Source: a virus (lineage: Duplodnaviria; Caudoviricetes). Taken from it: a DNA stretch of 64,000 nt. The notes under the pieces are model-generated. The model was not told the DNA's origin. It saw nothing but the letters and a program-made list of their open reading frames with translations, and ran no database searches. This document shows, one piece after another, positions 30,448 to 40,278 of this stretch. The translations under genes and the position numbers were made by a program. The DNA is taken from positions 96,001-160,000 of the IMG/VR virus record IMGVR_UViG_3300020577_007160. One strand, 5' to 3'. The stretch's first letter is position 1; every line of letters begins with the position of its first letter.

Positions 30448-30891
30448 CTAGTCTGAAAATTTATGACTGATATCTATTTGACATATCAAATGAAGTGGAA
30501 CATGAACTGATGGAATGAAATCAGCATACTCCGCTGACAAGATTTCATAACGTTCTGTTTCTTTGTTAAAGGGAAAGATTATCAAGTCTCCTCTTTGTAT
30601 TTCTATGCCTTTTTCTTTTAACTGTCGGCAATTTAATCTAATTTGAATCTTGTTGGTTTTAACCCAAACACCTTCTTGCAATTCATTGATTTTCTTTTCT
30701 CGATCATAATCAGCATTTATTGGTATTAAATTACTACTATAAGTGCTTTTAACTCGCGTACCGAGAATTGAATGGATCTGAGAATGCTCTCGTTGAAATT
30801 GAGAAATATAAATATAAGGAAAACGTTCAAACAACTGTAGTTCATTTTGTTCTACAAGATCTACCTCAGCTTCTGAAAACCATGTTTCCAT
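30448..30891 (-). CDS. Putative head closure/neck protein
   Basis: GIEIQRGDLIIFP...YEI pattern; between capsid and sheath. Confidence 0.55.
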   Translation of the reverse strand: METWFSEAEVDLVEQNELQLFERFPYIYISQFQREHSQIHSILGTRVKSTYSSNLIPINADYDREKKINELQEGVWVKTNKIQIRLNCRQLKEKGIEIQRGDLIIFPFNKETERYEILSAEYADFIPSVHVPLHLICQIDISHKFSD

Positions 30892-31137
30892 TTAGTATTT
30901 TAAAGATATATTATATTCTTCTAATTTATCTTCTATCGTATTTGTAAGTTTATCTAAGTCTGATCTTATTCCAAATACACTAAAAGTTTTCACCCATTTA
31001 ATTCTGAAACTTCCTAATTCTTTGTAACACTGAGCCAAAGATTCTTTATCTCTTTCTGATATATCACTTTCCCTTAAATTTCTTTTATTAGAAACTCTAT
31101 TTTCTAATATTTTGATTCTTTGTTCTAGTGTTTTCAT
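30892..31137 (-). CDS. Leader-bearing hypothetical protein
   Basis: MKTLEQRIKILENRVSNKRNLRES. Confidence 0.75.
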   Translation of the reverse strand: MKTLEQRIKILENRVSNKRNLRESDISERDKESLAQCYKELGSFRIKWVKTFSVFGIRSDLDKLTNTIEDKLEEYNISLKY

Positions 31138-31634
31138 AGTAAATTATATTGTTGTTTCAAAATTTCAAATAAATGTTTAATATCCAAGAAAGCATCAGAA
31201 TCAAAATGATCTTTCAATTTAAATTCTCGGGACATCACTCTCTTCGGATTTATTTCATCAATTCTTTTAGAATTTAATAAGTAATACTTAAAATCAAAAG
31301 TTGAGTACACTAGAACAAAATAGAAAAAATCATATTTAAGTGAGTTTTCAAATCCTAATAATTGAGAATCTGATAACATTCCAAGATGAAAATTTTCAGT
31401 TTCTGTATATTTAAATTCAATCAAGCAACACTTTGATCCATTGAATACAAACATGAAATCTGAAACCTGACCTGGAATCCTCACGCTTACTCTTTTACCA
31501 CCTGTAAATCCAGAGAAAGAATCATAGAATCTTATTAACTGGATATTTCTTTTCTCGGTTTCTACTTTTAATTTCTGAATCAACTTACTTTCAAATTCTT
31601 TTCCTTTTTTCGCTTTAGCGGAACTTGGAGGCAT
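31134..31634 (-). CDS. RecU-like Holliday junction resolvase (PD-(D/E)xK)
   Basis: GKEFE...SDF...IEFKYT...SDSQ motif order. Confidence 0.75.
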   Translation of the reverse strand: MPPSSAKAKKGKEFESKLIQKLKVETEKRNIQLIRFYDSFSGFTGGKRVSVRIPGQVSDFMFVFNGSKCCLIEFKYTETENFHLGMLSDSQLLGFENSLKYDFFYFVLVYSTFDFKYYLLNSKRIDEINPKRVMSREFKLKDHFDSDAFLDIKHLFEILKQQYNLL

Positions 31635-31668
31635 AGGGTATTATCAGGATTACTATCAAATTAAATGT

Positions 31669-32400
31669 TTATGTTAAATACGTTTGTTTTACTATAGTAG
31701 TGTTAAATGCTTCCAGTAATGCTGTTCCTTCACTCACTAGGGCTTCCCCGTCATTCGTTGCTGCCTGACTACCACCACTGACTCTCCTCAGTATTCTACC
31801 CTCTGTTATTTTTGTTTGAGCCTGAACATATTGCATTATCAATGGTAATTGACTTGAAGGGAAATGTTCATTGGTAGTACTTATATTTGCATAGTCTTCG
31901 GCTAACGCAGGAATCTTAGCTGAAAAATTTATATAGAAACAAGAAGTAGATGGAGGAATATCATCAACATAGATTTTATTTCTATTTTGTTCTGAATACA
32001 TCCAACCAAAAGTCTTGCCAGTCATTTCTAGTAAAGTTGATATATTTGCTCTATCCTGAATGAAGTTTTGAATATTAGCAAATGAATTTTTTATATCAAC
32101 ACCCATACTGAAAATTGATGGATAAAAATCAAAGATTATTTCATTCGTGTTCGATCCCTCAGTTCTCACTGGCATGACGTCATAAACGCTTTTAACCACG
32201 TATTGGGAAGGAATTTCAATGTGATATATTCCAGAAGTATATGGGATAGAACAATCATATACTGGTGGAATTCTTTCAGAAACTATCTCAGTAACATATT
32301 TCAAAAAGGAGTAAATTGTTTCGGGTTTAATAAAAACCCGAATACCAGAATCTACTCCGAGTTCTGATTGAACGTATTTTATAACGTCCGTAGGTCTCAC
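31669..32400 (-). CDS. Putative neck/head-tail adaptor (gp13-like)
   Basis: Downstream of capsid gene; YVQSELG, EGRILRR, DGEALVSEG. Confidence 0.55.
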   Translation of the reverse strand: MRPTDVIKYVQSELGVDSGIRVFIKPETIYSFLKYVTEIVSERIPPVYDCSIPYTSGIYHIEIPSQYVVKSVYDVMPVRTEGSNTNEIIFDFYPSIFSMGVDIKNSFANIQNFIQDRANISTLLEMTGKTFGWMYSEQNRNKIYVDDIPPSTSCFYINFSAKIPALAEDYANISTTNEHFPSSQLPLIMQYVQAQTKITEGRILRRVSGGSQAATNDGEALVSEGTALLEAFNTTIVKQTYLT

Positions 32401-32876
32401 GCTTGGAGTTCCTTGATACGGGATTCTACTGCTTCCTTGACTGTTACGCGAGTTTCATCGGAAGAAAGGAATGCTTTGAGTTCTTCAACAGAATTCAAAG
32501 TTTTTATCATTGCCTTACATTCTGACAATGATAAAGTATTAGATTTTTTAACTATGATTTCTGCTGTTGATTTTTGTGCTTCCTCAACAGGTGCAACAGG
32601 AGGTTCTGTAATAGTTTCTACTGTTGTGGGTTCTACTGTGGGTTCAACTACTGGTTCTTTTTCAACTAATAGTTCCTTCTTCTTTTCTGTTCTTTGAACA
32701 GGTTCAACAGTAATAACAGGAACAACTTTTATATTGGGTACGGAACGTACTAAAATTTGAACTTCCTGTTCACTCAAAAATATAGTAACAGGTATATTAG
32801 GATTAGCAATATTTAATGCCGGAATATCAAAAGATATCGGCATAGGAGATTGAACGATATAAGATTTCTTTTCCAT
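32397..32876 (-). CDS. Hypothetical protein
   Basis: P/E/T-rich linker and C-terminal ETRVTVKEAVESRI helix. Confidence 0.6.
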   Translation of the reverse strand: MEKKSYIVQSPMPISFDIPALNIANPNIPVTIFLSEQEVQILVRSVPNIKVVPVITVEPVQRTEKKKELLVEKEPVVEPTVEPTTVETITEPPVAPVEEAQKSTAEIIVKKSNTLSLSECKAMIKTLNSVEELKAFLSSDETRVTVKEAVESRIKELQA

Positions 32877-32900
32877 AAAATAATATTAAATTTTAAAATA

Positions 32901-32930
32901 AAAGGGGAAAGGAAATCTCCAATCCCCTTT
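32901..32930 (-). terminator. Intrinsic terminator after major capsid gene
   Basis: AAAGGGGA...TCCCCTTT hairpin with T tract. Confidence 0.65.
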
Positions 32931-32955
32931 GCAACGTGAGATAATTCTTTATCAA

Positions 32956-34356
32956 TTACGAATAATTGATAACTGTTCCTTTAGCATACATCCGACTGTT
33001 GACCATTTTCTTGCCACCACTGGTGTAAAGACCACGACGAACAATCATGTCATCCAGGACAACTGGTTGAGTCGTGTACAATGGACGGTATGGAGCCCAA
33101 ACGTATCCAGCATACAAATAACCTTCACCTTTGTGACCAACTAAATAATCGTTAGCACCATAGCTAGGGTTCTTAATTACCAGGAATCTATTATCCAAAG
33201 TTCCGCACACATATGGACCAGAAAATGAGCCATTCATATTCATTCCTGACGATTCAAATTTACTCATACCTTCAATAATAGAAGCAGCATTAATACCAGC
33301 AATAATGAAATTGCCGGAAACCATTCTTGTCGAAGTATAAATTTGATTCGCAGATTGATTTATTTTATGAATAAATCCATCATAGTGTTCTTGTTTTGAA
33401 ACACCCGTTGGTACTGTTGCATCGAATTGTGTTGTTCCTGCAGCAGCCTGAACATATAAATCTTTCATTATCTGTTCATCAATTTCTGCACGGATAATTG
33501 CAGCCAGTGCTGCAACGAGTTCCGCATCTGCATCCTTACCATGGGCTTGTTGCAAGTCCCAAGCAGCATCCAACGTGTACAAGGCACGCAACTTGTAGGG
33601 TCGTGCAGTAACAGTTGTTTGTGACAAATCAATGTCGATCTGCCCAATACCGGATGGTGTTTGTTCAGAGTCAAAATCATAGGTAGCAGTAATTGCGATG
33701 CTCGATGCTGGAGCAGAAGAGAAAACAACTGCCCATGCACCACTGGAATAATTGATAGTTCCACTGGAAATACCTGAACCAGAAAGCGTTCCCGAACCAT
33801 TATCGGTAGCGGTAACGCTACCAGTCGTAATGGAAACAGTACCAGCACGAACAGGATAGTACGTCAGGTTACCAGAGAATGATGTTGTTACTGCATCCCC
33901 TGTGCCAAGGGCTTCTTCCTCAATCGTTTCCGTTGAGAAATTAAAACCTCCAGGTTGAAATCCTGTGTTCGCACCAATAGCAGTTGCGCCTGAGGCAATT
34001 TTACCCTTGGTTTGTCCGTACTTGAAATTCATGTAAAAGATTTCACCGGACTTCATTTTCAATGGTTGGATAGAAACAATTCTATCAGCAACCAGATTCG
34101 GAAGAATAGCAGTAACTAATTTGAACCCGTAATCAACAAATGTACCAGCATTTGTTGCACGAGTTGTTTCATCCATTCTTGACAACCAATTACGTGTTTC
34201 ATTCAATGCATTGGCAACCGTAGCAACCATATGACGTGATGCTTCACGTCCAGTTTTTTCACGGATAACCCGTTGCATGCTTTTGATATACGGAGAAAAT
34301 TCACGCTGTTCTGAGAGTTGTACGCCACCCTCAATAGCTTCATTAAGAAAATTCAT
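32956..34356 (-). CDS. Major capsid protein (T4 gp23-like)
   Basis: VSIQPL...GEIFY, VTARPYKLRA.YT.DAAWDL...HG.DA..EL, AEIDEQI, AGYVWAPY. Confidence 0.95.
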   Translation of the reverse strand: MNFLNEAIEGGVQLSEQREFSPYIKSMQRVIREKTGREASRHMVATVANALNETRNWLSRMDETTRATNAGTFVDYGFKLVTAILPNLVADRIVSIQPLKMKSGEIFYMNFKYGQTKGKIASGATAIGANTGFQPGGFNFSTETIEEEALGTGDAVTTSFSGNLTYYPVRAGTVSITTGSVTATDNGSGTLSGSGISSGTINYSSGAWAVVFSSAPASSIAITATYDFDSEQTPSGIGQIDIDLSQTTVTARPYKLRALYTLDAAWDLQQAHGKDADAELVAALAAIIRAEIDEQIMKDLYVQAAAGTTQFDATVPTGVSKQEHYDGFIHKINQSANQIYTSTRMVSGNFIIAGINAASIIEGMSKFESSGMNMNGSFSGPYVCGTLDNRFLVIKNPSYGANDYLVGHKGEGYLYAGYVWAPYRPLYTTQPVVLDDMIVRRGLYTSGGKKMVNSRMYAKGTVINYS

Positions 34357-34373
34357 TGTTGTTTTCTAAATTT

Positions 34374-35915
34374 TTAAGACATTAGTTTATTCATAACCGC
34401 AAAAGTCAAATCGTCTTCACCTGGATTATTCCCAATAGTTTCGTCGGTGCGATTAGTGATCTCCTTGCGACGAGGCTGGATTTTACTTCCGTGAATACCG
34501 TCACGAATTTCTCGCTTTTCTGCGCGTTGTTCTACCCTGTCCTCTGGTAGTGCGGATTCTCGGGTTTCCTGTTGTTGGCTTTGGGCAAGTTTTCGTTTTG
34601 ACTGAATAATCATTTTTCTGGCTTCCTGTAACAAAGAAGTTAGTTCAGAAACCTGATCTTTTAAATCTGCGTTTTCTTTTAGTAAGGTTCTAGTTTTATT
34701 TTTAGTAGATTTTATTTCCTCAGTTAAATCTTGGAGTTGTTTTTCAAATTTTGAATTAACTGTTCCAATTTTATGCTCTTTTACTTCCAGGGTTTCTTTG
34801 ACAGATTCAATCTCTTCATTTAAATTTCTGATTTCTTCATCCTTATCTTCTAATTCGGATAAAGATTCCCGCATTCTTTCTAAGGTTGATTCTGAAGTTT
34901 CTAATTTATTTTCATAATTTTCAATATTCTTGACCAGACCTTCTACGAGAGACAGTGATCGCTGATACTTACTTGTAACACTGTTATACTTAGATTCTAA
35001 AAATTTATAATCTTTTTTAAAGAGATTAAATTGTTCAGTTTTATTTTCGAGTAACTGATTGCCCTGAATTAAAAGATCCTTTGCTTCCTGATATCGTTTT
35101 AACAGGATTTCAGATTTTGATAATAATTTTGTATTAATATTCTTAACTTCAGAAACACCAGTATTGACTCTATTAATTTTAGATTTTAATTCCGCGTTCT
35201 CACGAATCAATGCAACATTAGCTGCTAGTTTTTCTTTATATTTTTCTAATATCTTACCTAATTTTATTCCAGTAGATAAATTAGATTGTTTTATATTTTC
35301 CATTGGTTCATCAGAAGAATGAATTGATTTCTCTGTGATAGATATAACTCTATTTAAAAGAGAAATATCAGAATTCGTTTTTAGATTATTTAATCCTCGT
35401 TTTATGGATTCTTTCATGACCTGTGGCACAGCTTCCGTGACAGCAGGATTGAGAGTTGTATCAAATGTTATGAGCTCAAAGTCTTTATCATCAACATAGC
35501 TCTCACCAGATTTTTCCACGATAGAACCTTCACCTCTGCTCGAAATACCAATCTGACAGCCATTCCTCAGAAACACTTCAAGTATTCCTCCTAGCGTTGG
35601 GTAGGGCATCACTTCAGCTTCGCCCATAACATATCCGCCCTCAATGAAAAGATCCGTAATAATGAAAGCACTTTTTTCAATATCAATATCCCGATATTCG
35701 GGATGTTTCAATTCACCAAGAATCTGACGTTTTTCTAAGCGTTCCCGCACTGACTTAGAATTAACAACACTTTCCCACAACTTACTGGAATATATTCTTC
35801 CATTCTCAGTTTTATGATCTAACTTAGCAAAAACACCTCTGAACTTCAGAGGTTTTCCTGCTTGACTTTCTAAAATTTTTATTCGGGTATTGAGATTGGT
35901 TTCGACTAATAACAT
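34374..35915 (-). CDS. Prohead protease (T4 gp21-like) fused to coiled-coil scaffold
   Basis: ENGRIYS, GELKHP, GISSRGEGS, FD...PA protease motifs; ~300-aa C-terminal coiled coil; immediately upstream of capsid gene. Confidence 0.9.
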   Translation of the reverse strand: MLLVETNLNTRIKILESQAGKPLKFRGVFAKLDHKTENGRIYSSKLWESVVNSKSVRERLEKRQILGELKHPEYRDIDIEKSAFIITDLFIEGGYVMGEAEVMPYPTLGGILEVFLRNGCQIGISSRGEGSIVEKSGESYVDDKDFELITFDTTLNPAVTEAVPQVMKESIKRGLNNLKTNSDISLLNRVISITEKSIHSSDEPMENIKQSNLSTGIKLGKILEKYKEKLAANVALIRENAELKSKINRVNTGVSEVKNINTKLLSKSEILLKRYQEAKDLLIQGNQLLENKTEQFNLFKKDYKFLESKYNSVTSKYQRSLSLVEGLVKNIENYENKLETSESTLERMRESLSELEDKDEEIRNLNEEIESVKETLEVKEHKIGTVNSKFEKQLQDLTEEIKSTKNKTRTLLKENADLKDQVSELTSLLQEARKMIIQSKRKLAQSQQQETRESALPEDRVEQRAEKREIRDGIHGSKIQPRRKEITNRTDETIGNNPGEDDLTFAVMNKLMS

Positions 35916-35927
35916 TGTAATTCCAGT

Positions 35928-36446
35928 TTATAGGTAATAATGTTTATAATATTTTTTGAGGTAATTAGAAATTACAATAGTTGATTTCTCAATATTACCC
36001 CGATTAAATTTTGGATTAGAATATAGCTTTAATTTTGCTTTCAGTTCTCGAACATTTACATTATATAAATCCGCATCATGAGTTAATGACAAATATTTAT
36101 AAATATAAAATTCTGAAGTACTAGGAATTCTTTTTATATAAATATGATAAACATCTTTCATATGCTCATAGGCGAGTTCAACTGCCTGTTGTGGGGAAGA
36201 AGGATCTTTATCAATGAATAACATTCCAAGATATGGAGGAGAAAAAACATAGTCTTTTATTTCCCTTTGGAGTTGATCCCAGTTCTTCTCTTTTTTATTT
36301 CCAACAGTAACAATAGAATGAATATCATTGAAACTTTTCAGAATTTCTTGTTGAAACCACTTATATTCTTTTTCATATTTGAGTATACCTTTCAATACCT
36401 GGAAAGCCATATAACTCAATAAAACATCGGTATTCGTAAATTTCAT
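35928..36446 (-). CDS. Hypothetical protein (paralog of upstream gene)
   Basis: Shares P.L...F, FY.Y.YL, PKF..G.IE..T..ISNYL with 36443..37303. Confidence 0.65.
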   Translation of the reverse strand: MKFTNTDVLLSYMAFQVLKGILKYEKEYKWFQQEILKSFNDIHSIVTVGNKKEKNWDQLQREIKDYVFSPPYLGMLFIDKDPSSPQQAVELAYEHMKDVYHIYIKRIPSTSEFYIYKYLSLTHDADLYNVNVRELKAKLKLYSNPKFNRGNIEKSTIVISNYLKKYYKHYYL

Positions 36447-37303
36447 TTTTTAGTAAGATCAATTTTCATCGGCTTACCCATTAATGGATCTTCCGGTGGT
36501 GGTTCTTTTCTATCAGGATTTGTTACTACGGGTTTTAACTTAGCGTCTTTTTGCTTTTGAAGTTTATCAATATTCTTTTTGGTATCATTGGTGAAATCAT
36601 CTTTCAATTCACCTTCTTTATTTTTATCTACTTTCTTTTCAGGTTCTTTCTTTGGAGTTTCCGTTGGTGTTGTTTTCTTGTCTGAACCCAATTTATCAAT
36701 ACTAGTAAATGCCTTAATTTCATCAACTGCTAACTTAAATTCTTTTTTAATATTGCCTGCAAGATAATTTGAAATGAATACTGTCGCTAACTCTATTTTA
36801 CCACCTTTGAATTTTGGGCTTTGTGTTGGTTTTATTGTTTTGATAACATCTGACAAGGAAACCTGACCAATAGATTCTGGTGAATATAAGTAATAATAAT
36901 TATAAAAATTAAATTGCTTTAATGGTTTCTGGGGCTTAACATATTTAGTATAAATATTTCTAAAATATTCTAATGTTATTTCCTCTGCATCAACAATTGT
37001 GTCAGGATTGCTTTTGTAAAATATCAGAGAAAGAAATGGATATTTAAAATCATTTAATTGAAAAGCATTAACATTCGAATTAGATTGCTTCTTTTTGGCG
37101 TATTCAGCATAATTTGTATTAATAGATTTACCATAAAATATGCCAATATTACCTTTCTTTTCTACTAATTGTCCAAGTAATTTAGCATATAGATAAGAAA
37201 GAAATCCTAAAGTTATTTCTGATTTCTTTAAATCAGTCTGAGGATTTTTCTTTATTTTTAAGAATTTTAAATCCTTGATATTAAATTCATCTAATCGAAT
37301 CAT
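36443..37303 (-). CDS. Hypothetical protein
   Basis: Likely start MIRLDEF at 37303. Confidence 0.65.
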   Translation of the reverse strand: MIRLDEFNIKDLKFLKIKKNPQTDLKKSEITLGFLSYLYAKLLGQLVEKKGNIGIFYGKSINTNYAEYAKKKQSNSNVNAFQLNDFKYPFLSLIFYKSNPDTIVDAEEITLEYFRNIYTKYVKPQKPLKQFNFYNYYYLYSPESIGQVSLSDVIKTIKPTQSPKFKGGKIELATVFISNYLAGNIKKEFKLAVDEIKAFTSIDKLGSDKKTTPTETPKKEPEKKVDKNKEGELKDDFTNDTKKNIDKLQKQKDAKLKPVVTNPDRKEPPPEDPLMGKPMKIDLTKK

Positions 37304-38286
37304 ATTATATAATATAAATTTTATTACCAATAGTAAAACTTGTAATAGGAAGAGAGATACTCACTAAGTTTTGTTCCCTTATTAATTTATATTTCTTTTT
37401 AGTTTCAACAGATTTTTGAATAGATTCTGGTGACTGCTTTTTTCCCTGATGACTTTTAGACATATTTTTCTTCCATTCTTCTGTAATAATTACGTTTTTT
37501 CTGCGGGCTTTCATTTTCAATTTCGATTCTTCCGACATCTTTTTTCCTATATTTGCTTTTCGTAACTTTTCTTTATGTTCTTCCGAAATGTTTTTTCCCT
37601 TTCTGTTACCACTGAGTTCTCTCAATCTATCAGCATTAAGTTTCTTTTGTTCCGGGGAATAATTAACTTTCTTTCCAATTTTAATGTCAGACATTTTCTT
37701 TAAAGTTTTTTCAGAATGCCGAAATCCTGTTTTTATTTTGGAAAGATGTTCTCTATGTTCCTTAGATAGTTTCTTCCCCATATTCCCAGAACTTATTTTT
37801 CTTTTATGGTCTTCAGTTAATTTTGTTCCTATTCTCTTTTTATTTTGTTCTAATAATCTTTTTGTATTCTCTGCAACATGTTCTGGAGATAATGGCTTCG
37901 GTTTTCCTTTTGAAGCTAAAGATAATAATTTTCTAGTTTCATCTGAAATCTTTGGATTACTTCCTCCAGATGTTAAATTCATCCCATGTGGTGTATTGAA
38001 AGTATCATATAATTTTATATAATGAATTTCTCTTTCATTCAACATTTCAATAGAACATTCTTCTAAGATTTCGAATTTGTGATTTTCATATCCATGTTTT
38101 TCTAATGATAATCGTAGTTTTCTTTGATTTAAGCAATCACCCTTTTCATAGATTTTAAATCTAGCATAAATATCTCTACTTTGTCCAATATATAATTTAT
38201 TAGTAGGACTTGTTATTTTATAAATTCCACAAATTTTTGTTTTCATAATCTTGTTTTTATTATCAATTATATAATATAAATTTTAT
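37304..38286. repeat. 21-bp direct repeat bracketing the homing endonuclease gene
   Basis: ATTATATAATATAAATTTTAT at 37304-37324 and 38266-38286. Confidence 0.75.
37305..38246 (-). mobile_element. Free-standing GIY-YIG homing endonuclease with NUMOD3 repeats
   Basis: GIYKIT...YIGQS..R; repeated (H/L)SEE.K.K(I/M)S NUMOD3 units. Confidence 0.9.
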
Positions 38287-38803
38287 CTCCAGTTTTTATT
38301 CTAACTTGGGATTTGAAATTTTTCTTCTCCAAATCCAAAGCATAGCTACGTATAAAAAGCGTACACCTATTAAGTGCCGCCGAACAGTGTTTACAAATAG
38401 ATCCTTTTAATTCTGGATTTTTTATATGGGGATATCTTGGTTCTTTAACAATTCCATATTTTCTAACATCTGCGAGGTACGCAAACCCTTCATATAGAAA
38501 GGATTCGCATGTGCAGTGTACACGACAATTCCCAAGAATCAATGCTTTTTTAATAATATCTTCAGGTTTCAAGCCCTTATAAGTTTCAAGAAATTTAGGA
38601 TAATCATCAAGAACAATTCGTACTAAATGTTTTCTTTTAGTTCCCTTACGATCCAAGCACTTGAAATATAATGTCAAAAAATTTTTAATAGGAGTAAGAC
38701 GTATCCCCCAATACCATACCCTGCATGATGTAGATTTTATTATTTTCTTTCTCTCTTGCTTACGCTGAATATCCTTTAATGTTTGTTCATCCAGTCGAAT
38801 CAT
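38267..38803 (-). CDS. SWIM zinc-finger protein
   Basis: VHCTCESF...GSICKH. Confidence 0.75.
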   Translation of the reverse strand: MIRLDEQTLKDIQRKQERKKIIKSTSCRVWYWGIRLTPIKNFLTLYFKCLDRKGTKRKHLVRIVLDDYPKFLETYKGLKPEDIIKKALILGNCRVHCTCESFLYEGFAYLADVRKYGIVKEPRYPHIKNPELKGSICKHCSAALNRCTLFIRSYALDLEKKNFKSQVRIKTGDKIYII

Positions 38804-39147
38804 TTGAAATCCAATTTCAATTTTGCTAATTTAGTCATTAATTTAGTAGGAGCTATTCCTAGAAATGGATTTCCAAATTCCATTAAATTATAAAGATCTT
38901 TTTTTATAACGCCTGTTCTTAAATATTCTTTTATATTAAATTCTGGTAATTTTACTTTTTCCTGTTCTTCTTTTTTCAGATTTTTTAATTTTGAAAGTAT
39001 CCTCTTATATTCCTGATCTAATATTTTACCAGAAAGTTTTAAGTATTCTATATTTTTATTTTTTACGTCTTCTGGATCAACTGCTGTATTTTTTAATATT
39101 TTAGATAATAATGGATTCTGGAAACCATCATTTAACAGGACTTTCAT
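38800..39147 (-). CDS. Hypothetical protein
   Basis: Coupled ORF; MEFGNP motif. Confidence 0.55.
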   Translation of the reverse strand: MKVLLNDGFQNPLLSKILKNTAVDPEDVKNKNIEYLKLSGKILDQEYKRILSKLKNLKKEEQEKVKLPEFNIKEYLRTGVIKKDLYNLMEFGNPFLGIAPTKLMTKLAKLKLDFK

Positions 39148-39700
39148 CTTCTATCTCTGGATTTAATTGGAATTCTAAGTCAGGAAAAACTAAAGATATC
39201 ATGTCAAAGTCTGATGCTTTTATAATCATGCATATTTCTGCTGGTGCATTGGCAGGATCAGGAACAGGGTTTCCATAAACAGCAGAAAATATAATGAAAT
39301 CAATACCACTATAATTGATAATTAAATACCACCATTCTGGACCAGTACTAACATATTTTACCTGATTTCCATTAGCCATTACTTCTTCCGCTATCCGGAA
39401 TACGCTCAAGGAACTTGTATAGAAAGTACCGAGCAGATTTGACAGCGGAACTTTCAATGCATCTGCAGACTGAAGTATACCTCGGACAGAAGTTGAATCC
39501 GCAGTCCGGAAAAACTTCTTAGCAAATTTTGATAAATGATAAAATTTAACTGGTTCAAATACTTCATCCTGAATATCCTTCAATTCGGCTTCATTGAGGT
39601 CATAAGGAAAATCATGATGTTGTAATTCATCCCAACCATCTATATTATTGTTATATGTTCCCATTCCTCCAGAGGTTGTTGTTTCAGTCGGGTTGCGCAT
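39128..39700 (-). CDS. Hypothetical protein
   Basis: 190-aa coupled ORF. Confidence 0.6.
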   Translation of the reverse strand: MRNPTETTTSGGMGTYNNNIDGWDELQHHDFPYDLNEAELKDIQDEVFEPVKFYHLSKFAKKFFRTADSTSVRGILQSADALKVPLSNLLGTFYTSSLSVFRIAEEVMANGNQVKYVSTGPEWWYLIINYSGIDFIIFSAVYGNPVPDPANAPAEICMIIKASDFDMISLVFPDLEFQLNPEIEDESPVK

Positions 39701-40109
39701 TGAGTTCTCTTCTAAAATTTAATAAAGCAACGGAGTTTTGTAAGGTCAAAATATCAGTTCGATAATTAGCAAGAATAACATCCTGAGCAAATAGCTTATT
39801 TTCCATTGTATCAGAACGTTCCTGTAATTTCGTATATAACTGATTTTTCATTGATATTCTATCTGCTAATTTAATATTGGCTTCTAAGATAACTTCTACG
39901 AGAACTTTTATTCTTTGTTCAGAAAGTTCATCAGATTCTTTTTTAAATTTTAATAGTTCATCATAATATGACTTATCAATATCAATCTTTTGCTTCATGT
40001 ATTCCTTGATTATCCGCATGCCCTTCCATATTGCCCCGATGAGAGTTGCGACAATACCAACAACAAGAACGTAACTCCGAATTACTTCAAGTATTGATGT
40101 GGTCTCCAT
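39684..40109 (-). CDS. Membrane protein, possible holin-like (one TM + coiled coil)
   Basis: YVLVVGIVATLIGAIW hydrophobic helix then coiled coil; start METT. Confidence 0.45.
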   Translation of the reverse strand: METTSILEVIRSYVLVVGIVATLIGAIWKGMRIIKEYMKQKIDIDKSYYDELLKFKKESDELSEQRIKVLVEVILEANIKLADRISMKNQLYTKLQERSDTMENKLFAQDVILANYRTDILTLQNSVALLNFRRELNAQPD

Positions 40110-40272
40110 TGGCAATTGCGTATAATATAGGAATAATTTTATTATCTTTGTCAAGAACAATTTTAATTTTTAAGCTCACTCCAAGATCTTTTTCTAATTG
40201 AAGCAATACAATTTTGAATAATTGTTCTCTTTCATCTGAGGAAAGATTTTTAATATCAGAAATCAATATCAA
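40087..40272 (-). CDS. Hypothetical protein
   Basis: Short ORF filling operon gap. Confidence 0.45.
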   Translation of the reverse strand: MILISDIKNLSSDEREQLFKIVLLQLEKDLGVSLKIKIVLDKDNKIIPILYAIANGDHINT

Positions 40273-40278
40273 TTAAAA

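Noticed and set aside
37305-38246. Group I intron around the GIY-YIG gene
   Set aside because: Flanking genes are complete and abut the ORF, leaving no room for a ribozyme core.
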